From NCBI GenBank assembly GCA_965637545.1, contig OZ281499.1, forward strand, positions 26,846,001 through 26,910,000: DNA of 64,000 nucleotides, read 5' to 3'. Source of the DNA: Phallusia mammillata. Its lineage: Eukaryota. Below, piece after piece: positions 10,655 to 22,344 of the stretch. The notes beneath the pieces are model-generated. The model worked only from the letters and a program-made list of their open reading frames with translations. It searched no databases and had not been told where the DNA came from. Each line of letters begins with the position of its first letter. The stretch's first letter is position 1. Position numbers and translations under genes: made by a program.

Positions 10655-12037
10655 TTGTAGGTGTTGTTTTTGTAGTTATTGCTGTTGTGGCTGTTGTAGG
10701 TGTTGTTGTTTCTGTAGCGGTTGTAGGTGTTGTTCCTGTAGTGATTGTTGTTGTTGCTGTTGTGGTTGTAGGTGGTATAGTTGATGTCGTAGTTGTTGTT
10801 GCTGTTCTGATTACCCCTACATTGAGTTCAGCCACACTCAGGATGCTACAAACGTCGTTTTGGCAACAGGCAGCCACACAGTTTCTGTAAAAACACGTGT
10901 ATATTACTCATTATAGATATCTTAAACTAAAAAAATATTTTTGTAAAATCAATTATTGGTCGCTATCATCAGTTTAAGTTTATTTAATTATCTTCAGGTC
11001 GCTACTGTGAGTTCTTGACCAGTCTAAACTTAAAAATAACTTACGTTCTGTTTCCACAAAGTCCAGCATCGCAGGCAGCCGCTGTCTGACACGAAACCTC
11101 GGTTGCTGAAACAGAAAGAAGTTTTAGTTTTAAAGCAAACGTCTTTCAATCTCATTTCAGACAACTCACAAACAAATCATTGTTTCTCGTTTCAATCCAA
11201 CTTTTACAAACCACGATCAACAATTATTTAATTGTTTTTTCAGTTATTTAATTTATATCTTATTGTTTAAGTTTAGAACCAACTTTTTTGGTTCCCATCT
11301 TCTATTCTTCCACTGTGGAAGTTCCACACCGATAGCCTGGAGCACAAGTGCTGATTTTATGAAAACTGAAATCGGTCCCACAGCGCACAATGTTGTTTAT
11401 GTCACTAACTGGTCGAACGTTGCACTCATCCGCATCATGGCAACATGCCGATACACAATTTCTGAACAGAAGAAAATTTGTGATCTCATTTAGCAAACCA
11501 TCCAATCTTTTTCAATTTTTTTTGAATAATCTTTGTCGATCACAAACTAAAATATTTTAAAGTTACGAAATTTACTCACGTGAAATTGTTGCAGAGCATA
11601 TTGCAAGTTTTGTCTGTCGAACACATTCCGGTTGTTGTTGTGACTGCAAATATAACTACGTTGTAGTGAGACTTAAGTGTCGAGCCTCTGTGTTAAATAC
11701 TTTAACTTGAGTAAGAATTATACTATATTATGAATAGTTATAGAGAAATGAGAATTAGTCGATCTGTTGGTTCAAAATCGAATGCGGACTTCCATGTTTT
11801 ATCAAATAAACTTTCCTCACCTCCATCAGTGGTAACTTCTCTCCTTGCGCATAACTCAGATCGCTGACATGTTTTCTTCTCAATAAGGGTTCCATTTGTT
11901 GTTGTTCTCGTCATGCATGTCACCTCACTAGTCATTAAGCCCACAATGTAGTTGCAGTTTGGCCGATCGTTGCAACACGCCGACCAACAATTCCTAAAAA
12001 TATGTTTTTGTTAATAATCCTGTTACGAATACGAAGT

Positions 12038-12440
12038 GGGATTTGAATTTGAACATAGACGCTTCAAGGCTGATCCCAGTTATGAATTATAATGTTCATC
12101 TTAACTGATACTGGTCAATCTGGCGATCCCATACTACGAAGCTGACATGTGCAGCATACGAGGCAGGCAACTGTTCTTGTGATTTGACTTTCGGCGGATT
12201 CTGCACTGAGCCTGCGTAGCTCAGTTGGTAGAGCTCGAGTCCCGGATAGACTTTTGTCGTGGGTTCGAATCCCACCGCAGGCTAGATTTTTCTAGCCCAC
12301 ACCTTGCCATATGGTGCTGAATGCTTGGTGTCCGGCAGATTCGGTATAGCGCCTTCAATGGGTCTGGCGTACTGTGATTTATATACGAGTGTGCCGTGAT
12401 CGTTGGTCTGCATAGACGCTTCAGGGCTGATCCCAGTTAT
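12038..12440 (+). mobile_element. tRNA-derived SINE-like cassette in La1 intron 1
   Basis: Flanked by a 10-bp direct repeat gaatacgaag and absent from homologous introns (~17007, ~36035). Contains an A box (TAGCTCAGTTGG) and B box (GGTTCGAATCC) cloverleaf at 12210-12283 and a ~35-bp internal direct repeat near both ends. Confidence 0.65.
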
Positions 12441-13202
12441 GAATACGAAGACGTCATTATTTAGCAGTGAATGTCATTATAAGCATGCTACCAAAATGAA
12501 GTGTTATGATTTGATATAAGCCACAATGCGGAACCTTTTTAGCATTTTGAGCAAAGTTGCGATTAATCCGTTGTTTGTTTTAAGCCTTTAGGCGAACCGC
12601 AACTAAGCCTTCTTATATAGCTCGTTTAGTGAAAGTTTTTTTTTATTTCACTTACTTGAAACTCCAGTTTGAATAATATAAATTGATACTTACGGGACTC
12701 CTGCACAAAGTTGATCGCATGCGACGACGTCATCTTGGCAAGATCCGACAAACCTAATATCACGATTGTCAGAAGTTGTTTCTGTCCTGCCACAATAAGT
12801 AGCAGAGGCAGGACATTCAGCGTCTCTAAATCCAGGTGGTTCCGATCCCTGACCACAACTCCATCCGTCGACTAGTTGCGCTTCCAACAGCATCAAAGCA
12901 ACCAGTAAGACTACAGCAAGTATTTGGTTCATAGCTGTCGCTTTGAGCTTCACTAAAACCCCGAAATATATTTAAAACACTGTTGAAACTGAGCAATGCC
13001 ACCCTGAAATAGTGTTATTAGAAGCGCAAGCGTGTTTTATTCGTTCTTTCAACCCTGCCTGTATTTCATTACCTTTACTCAACACCAAACTTCCAGCTGC
13101 CATTAAACTAGTTACAGCAATAGGTCAACTAAACTAATGTTACAAAAGCATAGACTCGCAGCAGAATAAACACGAACCATAGACAAGCGAGCTTGTCTAA
13201 GT

Positions 13203-14121
13203 TAGGGTTGCCATTCGTCAGGATTTTCCCTGACATGTCAGGGAATTTAGGGTTTAAATCTGCGTCAGGGAGAAATGTTAAAATGTACCTAAAAGTCCGG
13301 AATTCAAGAAAAAATATTTGTATATTTTATGAAATTAATGTACCAACGGAGAAAGTTTCTAGTAGATAGCTACAACCGCGTCTAAACCATGAAACGATAA
13401 GAGGTGAACTGGCGGCGCGCAGGTTAACGTACAAGTTACTGTATGATGTGTGTGCGCGTAACAACACCTGTTTGTTACTAGATGTTTAACAATAGGCGTT
13501 AATTACACAAATAAAAATCCGCGTCTCAAACACGGCATTCGATGCTACATGAGAACGTGGGAAATTTCATTTCCTTAACTGTGTACCTATTATGCAGGGA
13601 ACTAACTAACAACTAAAAGTCGAATGCGTGTAACATAAGAACATTTTTACAGTGGCATTTTTCTTCAAATTTAAAAAGGTTCTTGTGACTTCCATCGTTT
13701 TGGTTCAAAAAAAAAACTTAACCAAACAGAAGCCTGCCCAGAAAAAAAAGGTGGAAGTAATTCTATATCCTCATTTGGCGTCAGTTTGTGCAACTGGATA
13801 AGTTGAAATCAAAGTGAAAGTGAGAATCAACCATCTCCATTGTTAAACAATAGGCTTTATTGCATGACAACTAACAAAAATGCAATTGTTCGCGCACAAT
13901 TGTAATGTTTTTGTCCTGTCTGTGATGTCAGATTATGCGCAATTTTGCATAACTCGTAAAAAAAAACTGCATAAAAATCCTGCAATCAACTTTCGTTTTT
14001 CTGAAATACACACTCAGACTTACGTCAACACATTTGGACTTAAAAGTTTGAGAAAAACTGGGTTCACGCGACCGAGATAAATTTTGTCAGGGATTGTGTT
14101 TCATAAAATATGGCAACCCTA
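13203..14121. mobile_element. hAT-type MITE (TAGGGTTGCCA TIR)
   Basis: TIR tagggttgcca / tggcaacccta and a perfect 8-bp TSD gtctaagt. A related copy lies at 26412-27590 in the opposite orientation. Confidence 0.85.
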
Positions 14122-15310
14122 GTCTAAGTTAACAACGAAAAGTCTACAAAACACATTTTTGTGCAATAACCCGGCGACGTTAAAGTTATTGGTATTGAGG
14201 CTGCAGCTCGAAGCAGTTTTATTTTCCCGAGGCAAAATACAAGACACGTCGCATTATCGAAGCCTCGCAAAACGCAGGCGTCGAAACAAAATGTGAAACA
14301 GAGCGGAATTTGATGATTATTCAGATAAAAACAGGAGGCAATTTGTTTGGGTTGCTGATTGCTAAACCGAAGTCAAGTTAGCCAAAGCGGCTGGCATATT
14401 CTCGCTGAAATAACAAAAAATAATAAAATTACAAATTTAAGACTTCAAACAACATAAATGCTTTATTGCGTAAAGCTGCTGAGAATTTAAAACACATACA
14501 AATGGGTGCCTTTACTTTATTTCGGGATCCAAGGCGATGACAACCCTGGTTATCAGTTTGATGCGTTTTTTGTAATGTGTAAGTTATATCGTAACGTTAT
14601 GTTTATTATTTTACTGTTCTTACGTTGCAATTATCTGCATCGATGCAACAGGCCGATAATTCATCATTTTTCTCTTTTATTTTACTTACGAAACACCGGC
14701 ACGGAGAGCATCACATTCAGCCAAAGTTCCCAAAATTAAATCAATTAAATATAACCAACATTAATTTTATCAAGTGCGGATGTATCTAAGGCAGTGCATC
14801 TCAATTGCTTTGCAGCGGCCCAAAGATTAATAGTGAATTATATCAAAGCTTTAATAAAAACATAATTGCCAGCGACATAGAATGAAACGTATCCATGCAA
14901 ACGTTTCGACAAAAACAATTGTTGTCATCAGTGAAAAAAAAATATTCTACATCACTGGCAATTTTGTTTTTAATAAAACTACTGTTCAAGTCCGTGTCTT
15001 GTGTACTTGTTTGAACTGCATTATACATCATCCATGTAGAAAATGTGAATATTTGTTTGAAACTTTGTTGACAACTTCACTGATGATGACAACGGCGATT
15101 GTTCAAACGACTGCACTAATATTTATTCTACAAACACAATCTCTCTGGCAGTAATGATTTTAATTAATTTTTGTTATTCGATAAAACGTCTTTATGTAGG
15201 TTAAGTATTTACAATCATTGTTGCAATTCAAACGAATCTTTTCTCCGTTCGATTTGCAAATGTATGCGCAGTTTAGTTGCAACAAAGACACCAACCAAGA
15301 ATGTCATTAG

Positions 15311-18291
15311 TTAAATCACGAACCAACCGAGAACCACAAGACACATTGTCATCAAAATATTAATTTGTGCTGCGTGTTTAGCACCAGATGTTGTTGCTGT
15401 AGTGATTGTAGGTGTTGTTGTTGCTGTAGTGGTTGTAGGTGTTGTTGTTGCTGTAGTGGTTGTAGGTGTTGTTGTTGCTGTTGTGGTTGTGGGTGTTGTT
15501 GTTGCTGTAGCGGTTGTAGGTGTTGAGGTTGTAGTTGTTGTTGCTGTTGTAGTATCCGGTGTTGTGGTTCTCCCTACATTGAGTTCAGCCGCACTCAGGA
15601 AGTTACATTCGTCGTTTTGGCAACAGGCAGCCACACAGTTACTGTAAGAAGATGTATTTTACTTATTATAAATATCTTAAAGTAAAAAAAGATATTTTAA
15701 TAAAATCCGATTTTGGAAATTTAAAAAACTTGCAATTATTGGTCGCTATCATCAGTTTATTTTTAATTAATTATCTTCAGGTCGCAACTGTACGTTCTTG
15801 ACCAGTCTAAACTTAAAAACAACTTACGTTCTTTGGAACACTATATACGGATCTGTTCATAAGTTTCATGGTGAAAATAACGGCCCAAATATGATGATAT
15901 CACTGATGATGGCATGAGCATTTGCCGAAACGTTTGAACAATAAAGCATGTCGCTTTTTACGTCTATTTGGGCCGTTATTTTCACCATTAAACTTACGTT
16001 CTCTTTCCACAAAGTCCAGCATTACAGGCAGCCGCTGTCTGACACGAAACTTCCTGTACTGAAACAGAAAGAAGTTTCGATTTTAAAGCAAACGACTTTC
16101 AATCGGATTTCAGACTCACAAACAAATTTTTGTTTCTCGTTTCAATCCAACTTTTACAAACCACCATCAACATTTTCACCTTTCAAGTGTTTAATTCATA
16201 TTTTGTTGTTTAAGTTAAGGACCAACCTTTTTGGTTCCCATCTTCTATTCTTGCACACTGATGGCCCGGAGCACAAGTGCTGCGTCGAACACTACTTCCA
16301 TCTGGTCTGAGATTTGTCACACAGCGCACAATGTTGTTTATGTCACTAACTGGTCGAACGTTGCACTCATCCGCATCATAGCAACTGGCCGATACACAAT
16401 TTCTGAACAGAAGAAAATGTGTGATTTCATTTAACAAACCATCCAATATTTTCGAAAAAATTTTGCTTTCGGAAAAGCTCAAAAATGTTTGTAGATCACA
16501 GACTAAAATATTTTAAAGTCACGAAATTTACTCACGTGAAATTGTCGCAGAGCATATTGCAAGTTTCGTATGTCGAACATATGGCGGTTGTTGTTGTGAC
16601 TGCAAACATATCTATGTTACAATGAGATGTAATTACCAACGTTACCTTGTGTCGAGCCTCTGTGCTAAGAACATTGACTTGACCATTGTTTTAACACAGC
16701 TATGAAAGATAGTAGAGAAATGAATAAAGAATTGGTCCATCTATTGGTGTATAATCGAATCCGGACTTCCGTGTTTTAACTTGCCAACTTTTCTCACCTC
16801 CATCAGTGATAACTTCTCTCCTTGCACAAAACTCAGATGGCTGACATGTTTTCTTCTCACTAAGGATTCCATTTGTTGTTGTTCCCATCATGCAAGTCAC
16901 CTCATCAACAAATTTAGCTATAGCGTCGTGGCTGCATTTTGATCGATCGTTGCAACACGCTGACCAACAATTCCTAAAGATATCATCTTGTTAATAATCC
17001 TGCTACGAATAGTAAGACGTCATTGTTAAACTGTGAATTTCATTATAAGCATCCTACTAATATAAAGTGTTATGGTTTGTACTTTGCCAAATGTGAAGAT
17101 CATTCTAGTCATTAGTCTATCCAGTAAATCAAGCCATGATATATCTTGCCATCCAATAAATCAACCATGATATATCTTGCCATGGTTGCTTTTTAAACAG
17201 GCCTTGTTATGATTCTTATCCCTCGTTGCCTGAAGCCACAGTGCGCAACGTTTTTGGCATTTTGAGCAAAGTTGCAATTATTCCGTTGTTTGTTTAAAGC
17301 CCTCAGGCGAACACGCTGGCTATATTTAGGCAACTGAATTATTTTGGACTTGAATGGGTTTTAGATTATCCAGTGGATCGGAAAACGGTGTCCATATTAA
17401 GTTCTCATAGTTCGGACCTTGTACAAATAGATACTGCTAAGATTCTCATGCGATCTCGGTACCTTACTTCACCATCGCATTTTTGTGTGTTAGCTAAGTT
17501 TGCCGCAGCAACAAATCTGTTGTTTGCATCGAGGCCTCGGGCTAATCTTGTCTTCTCGTTTTAACCAAAGAACTTACGCCGAAGAAATTCTTAGCATTCT
17601 GTTCCATTCACCATCACTCTTATAAGCTTATAGCTGATGTGTTCTTTACTTGGAAAAATATAAAACGTTTTTGTTTTGACCTAAATGTTTTTGCTTTTGA
17701 CCTTTCACAAACCGACCTTTCATGGTTTGTGTAAGGTCGATTTGTTTTTAACTAGTAATTGTTGCTGCGAGTTTGCTAATATCTGTGCTTTATTACAGTC
17801 AGCAAACTAAACCGGTATGTTCCTAAGATTGGGGAAAAACATATAATTATTCAAATATGTGTTAATTTCGAGTAAGGTATAGGGTGATTTAAATAACAAA
17901 CGCTTTTTACCATGTTTAATTTAAAGGTCTATTCAAGACTTCAATGAACAGTGCGTCATTAGGAATATTAAAGTTGACAATCGTCTTTGTTTTTCATACG
18001 TTGTTTGCCCTACACTTCAGCTTATGTAGCTAGTTTCTCACGGCAAATTGAATTAACTGATTCAAGATAAACACGTGACTCCTGCGCAGAGTTTATCGCA
18101 TGCAGTGGCGTCATCTTGGCATGTTTGAAAAAAAAAACTATCGTCCCGTCAAAACCTGTTTGAGGTAAATCACAGTAAGTCGAAGAAGCAGGACATTCTA
18201 TCGGTATATAATCTTTTTGTGCGCACTAGTTATTTGCGCACTCGTTAACATCAGAAGCGGCCATAAATACTACAACATGTGTCGGATTCAT
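15311..18291 (-). pseudogene. Three-LU-domain GPI-type gene copy La2/Lb1: exons 2-6 open, variant exon 1 inactivated
   Basis: Exons 16973-16798, 16599-16536, 16402-16227, 16058-15998, 15641-15311 are in phase and end in a Thr-rich stalk plus hydrophobic GPI-like tail. The upstream exon 1 (18291-18075, MNPTHVVVF...ECPASSTYC...CQDDATACDKLCAGVT) has an in-frame TAG (18226-18228) and a 1-nt shift in a poly-T run. Confidence 0.7.
15900..15937 (+). ncRNA. Minimal type I hammerhead ribozyme motif
   Basis: UCA-CUGAUGA-U-GGCA(8-nt loop)UGCC-GAAA-CG-UU-UGA: intact core, 4-bp stem II, palindromic ACGU stem III and 3-bp stem I, as in Penelope/retrozyme-type hammerheads. Confidence 0.6.
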
Positions 18292-18451
18292 TTTACTTTT
18301 AATCTTCACACATTCCCTAAACTTAAAAATCTTTCAAAAACAAGTAAAGCTTTCATAACAGACTGGGAATCAGCCTGGGCTACAAGGTTATGTTCGTTGG
18401 TTCAGCATTCACTTGTCAAATATTCAACAGTGTTAAATAATCTGTTTAAAT

Positions 18452-18933
18452 TCAAAGAAACCTTGCGATGCCTTGAAAATAAGCAAACGGAATGTTTTCT
18501 ACGATTAGGAGAATTTTTTTTATTGTAGCAGGTATTGTTGCTGTAGTGGTAGTTGTTTTTGTTGCTGTAGTTGTTGTGGTTGCTGTAGTTGTTGTTGTTG
18601 CTGTAGTACTGGTGGGAGTTGTATTTGGGACAATTCCGGAGTTACAACAATCAGTTTCGAAAGCGCAAAGATTAGCTGCACTTAATGCGTTACATTCGTC
18701 ATTCTTGCAACAGGCAGCCGTGCAGTTGCTGTAAAAGTGGAAATTGCATAGTTAGTTTAACGATTTCCGTAGTTTTTAAAACTGAACTTGATTTAAGATA
18801 TTGACTGCGATAAAGTTCTTAGTATTTTAGTAATAATAGTGCCATTAAGAGATTTTTAAAAAAAAAACTATTGTTTTGTTACCGAAAATTCCAGCTTTGC
18901 AGGCGGCAGTCGTCTGATATGATACCTCGGTTA
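18452..18933 (-). pseudogene. Ly6-family 3' fragment Lc1 (penultimate and last exon)
   Basis: The last exon encodes NCTAACCKNDECN...LCAFETDCCN plus a Thr-rich tract. The preceding 61-nt exon has Cys losses and no GT donor. A mirror copy lies at 38262-38655. Confidence 0.6.
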
Positions 18934-19658
18934 CTGTAAGCCAAAGAGTCGTAGTGTTAACACAGACAATATGGCGATACAAAATCGTTGTAGTTTGTTT
19001 TTGTGTCGTGTTAATTTTTTAAAAGCGCCATGGCATATTGGGTAAACAAGTTTGCTGAAATATTCTCGCAAGGAAAACGAAATCAAACAGAAACAACTCT
19101 TTCGATTTGGAATCTAATGATTAAACTTCGTAAGTTTTTCTTGCAAAAAAACACTAAAAACTTCAAACACAAACAAGTTATTACCTTACTTGATTTGCTT
19201 TAAAAAACTTCACAAACACAAACCGTCGTCAAACTTTACCCGATGAAGATGTGTTAAAATCTAAAACTTCCTGTGCATCATTCATTCGACAACACACGAC
19301 TAATGCAGTTTGCACTTTACCATATTACAAGGAAAGACCTGTAAGTCAACATTATCACAAGAAACGGTTGTTTGAACTCCATGATACATCATCTATGCAC
19401 TGCAGGGGTCTCCAACACGCGGTCCGCAGGCCAGATGTGGCCCTCGAGGCAATTTTCCGTGGACTGCGGCGTCATTAGTAAATTAAAAAATATTAATATC
19501 TAGTCAAATATGACCAACTTTTTTTGATTTACTCATTCGTCGAGTGTTTAACAAAAGAAAAGTAATGAAACTTTAACTCGTACCCATATAAAACTACGTT
19601 AAAAAATTCAACGTTTGTGATGCATAATTGTGATGAAACAATGCGAACTTAGTCTGAT

Positions 19659-22088
19659 CAGAGACTACTAAGCAGAGACTGCACACTCAGAGTTGCAAGT
19701 CGGGCCGGGCTTTTCGGGCCGGGTTCGGGTTCGGGCCGGGTTCGGGCTTAGGTATTTGTGAGAAAACGGGCTTAAAACGGGCCTGACTTTAAGTTTCGTG
19801 TCCGCCATTTTTTTTTTAATAAAATCACTCAGCTAAGTAACAAGTCTCTAGCTTTGACCTAATGCCCACTCTACTCTAAAACGTGTTGTTTACCCCATTG
19901 TCTACTATTATTTATTGTGTTTGTTGTCTTTCTCTTTTTCTTTCTCATCCTTTGTTGCAAGGCTTTTTTGGATAGGCCTGTCAATCAAAATTTCGGGCCT
20001 AAACGGGCTTCTCAAAAACGTTTCGGGTTCGGGCCGGGCTTCGGGCTTATACTTTCGGGTTCGGGCCGGGTTCGGGCTCAGATTTCGGGCCCGCTTGCAA
20101 CTCTGTGCACACTGCCTATTTAGCGACGACATAAATGGGGCGATATCTTTGCCGATACGCAACGGATCAAACTAAAATTTTGTATGTAAGTTTGAATTAA
20201 TTATTCAGATTTTTAGGTATTTTAATCTGATACTTATTAAACTTTATTTGTGTTTTAAAAATAAAAATGTTCTCTGCAAGTATTAAGATCGGTTCCGCAT
20301 GAACGCTACCACTAAGAGATTAAAGTGGTGTTGTCGTCGGTTTTTCGTGTTTACGTGAAGCGTAGACTTTCAAATCGGATATTATTGGTTGTTAAACAAA
20401 CTAGAATACTTTTTAAAAGATATAAAGGTAAAACACCCATCCGGCCCATTGAAATACAGGCCCAAGGTAGTGGCAGAAAGTGAGATTTCTGATATGAGCA
20501 CATGTGTTTAGGCAAAATTGGATATAGGTTACTTTTAAGTTGTGCTGCAGGTTTTTGTCGACAGCTCTCTCCTATACTAAGAATGTATTGACTGAAATAC
20601 ACTACTCCCAAACGATTTATTTGTCTTAATATTGTTGAACTGAAATTAAAAGAGCTGTGGTAAAACTTTTCTTTTGAAACTAATGTTGTGGTATTTTTTT
20701 TCTAGAATACAGTGACTTTAGAATGGTAATAAGTTGTTGATAGGCTCTGACTTAAAAAGATGGAGTTGCGTCACCACAGCAACATGCTTAAACTCATCAA
20801 ATGTGGAACCAAGTCACAAGTTTATTGTTACCATTAAATCAGCAGTTTCTGTTATGTTTTGTAACAGACTAGATTTGTATGCACCTTGCTACTTCAAAGT
20901 TCAGAGACAGACAATTCCAAAGTGTATCTTTTATACTTTTTTATTTTTGCTGCAAAACAATAAATTTGTATTTTAGCTGGTAGAAAAAATAAAGTTACAT
21001 GCAGATGCAGTGGTTGCTTTGCCAATTTTACCACATGGACACAAATGAAAATGTCACAACTCAAAGATAGACAATAGATGAAATATATGACTGAACAATG
21101 TACAAAAGTTCAAAAAAGTTTGCTTTAATGATGGAATAAACAAAAAACACACAAAAAAGTAGGCAGTTGATTTGAAAACAGTCCAGCCTCAATTGTATTT
21201 TAAATGCAATACCGTAAAACTTGTCAAATGCCTCAAAAATTATATATTAAAACTAATGGCAATATTGATTAAAATAATGAGTGATACTATTTCCAGTTTC
21301 ATCCTAAACATCAAATTAATATATCTGGGATCAACACCTATGAGATTGGATAGTTTAAGCTGCAAACACAACTTCTAAAAACACTTTTGTGTAAAAATGT
21401 TAAATTGATTAAAAAACAACACAACTACCAGAACAAAAAGCGAAATGACAAAACTGATTGCATTTCAAATGTGTAAGGCCTGGCATGGTCTTTATTTGAT
21501 GATGACTGATTTTAAAATTTAGTGCCATTCCCTTGAGAACATATGCTGTTTCCAGTTTCATCCTGATATTCATTAAAATAATATATCTGGAATCAACACC
21601 TATGAGGTTGGTTAGTTTGAGCTGCTTGAATTGATATTTAAAAAACACAAGTACCAGAACAAAAAGGCATAACAGATTTAAAATTTTAGTTACATTCTTT
21701 TGAGAACATTTGTAACTGCCAGCAATTCGTATTACATTTCTTTTCGCAAATATAATCTATACATGTTGGCAATGGTTCATTTTTCGTCATACATGCACAT
21801 CCGAAAAATTGGTAGCAAATTTCATACATTCAATCGCCACCTATGCCGTTTTTTTCGCCTGCGCAAAGTTTCTTTCTTCAATATGTTTTCAAAAGTAGTC
21901 AAGTTGATGTACCAATTAATAAAATTTAATTCAAAAGCCTACGCTTCACGTAAACACGAAAAAACAGACGACAACACCACATTTTCCTATCCTTTTCCAT
22001 TGTAAACGCCGCAATCTTACTGGTCGCGTTCAAGCGGAACCGATCTTTATCAAAATCGCAGTGTGCAGTCTCTGCTTAGTAGTCTCTG
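19659..22088. mobile_element. Non-autonomous DNA transposon with 29-31-bp TIRs and 7-bp TSD (P-element-like, inferred)
   Basis: Perfect TIR cagagactactaagcagagactgcacact at both ends, TSD gtctgat (19652-19658 / 22089-22095), extra internal inverted repeat 20325-20370 / 21934-21980. No transposase ORF recognised. Confidence 0.75.
19688..20105. mobile_element. hAT-type MITE nested in the TIR of the P-like element
   Basis: TIR cagagttgcaag / cttgcaactctg, 8-bp TSD tgcacact, subterminal ttcgggcc/ttcgggt repeats. Confidence 0.85.
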
Positions 22089-22344
22089 GTCTGATCATCA
22101 AAGCGTCAACTTCAGAATCCGTTTAGTTCTTTGTGTTTAGTGCATAGGATTAGTTAATGGATAAAGAACATTTACGTTAATGAAGGCGAACCAACATTTT
22201 ATTGATACTTGAGAAGGCCGCATAAGTTGTTTCAAAAGCCTAGGATCGTGGTTTCCAAACCATTTCATTTTCTTAAAGAAACAAATTGGATCCGCGGTCC
22301 AAGATAAATTCAATGCTAAAGCAAGTCAATTAAACCCCCTAGCA

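Larger units (their letters stand above)
8409..12932 (-). pseudogene. Three-LU-domain (Ly6/uPAR) GPI-type gene copy La1, disrupted
   Basis: Exons 12932-12694, 11993-11821, 11643-11580, 11461-11284, 11105-11045, 10884-8409 match the intact copy at 35201-37573. Exon 4 is out of phase with a TAG at 11302-11304, and the Thr-rich last exon is split by a 2-kb transposon. Confidence 0.8.

Noticed and set aside
10510-10890. Val-rich ORFs (also 15402-15647, 18492-18734, 37258-37479)
   Set aside because: Antisense readings of ACA/ACT-rich Thr codons of the mucin stalks.
12210-12283. Functional tRNA-Ser(GGA) gene
   Set aside because: C33 and T37 in the anticodon loop, an extra base before the anticodon stem, and location within a TSD-flanked insert point to a SINE-derived pseudo-tRNA.
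19908-20175. Overlapping ORFs with RPEPE/GSGRA repeats
   Set aside because: These are translations of the MITE subterminal cgggcc repeats.
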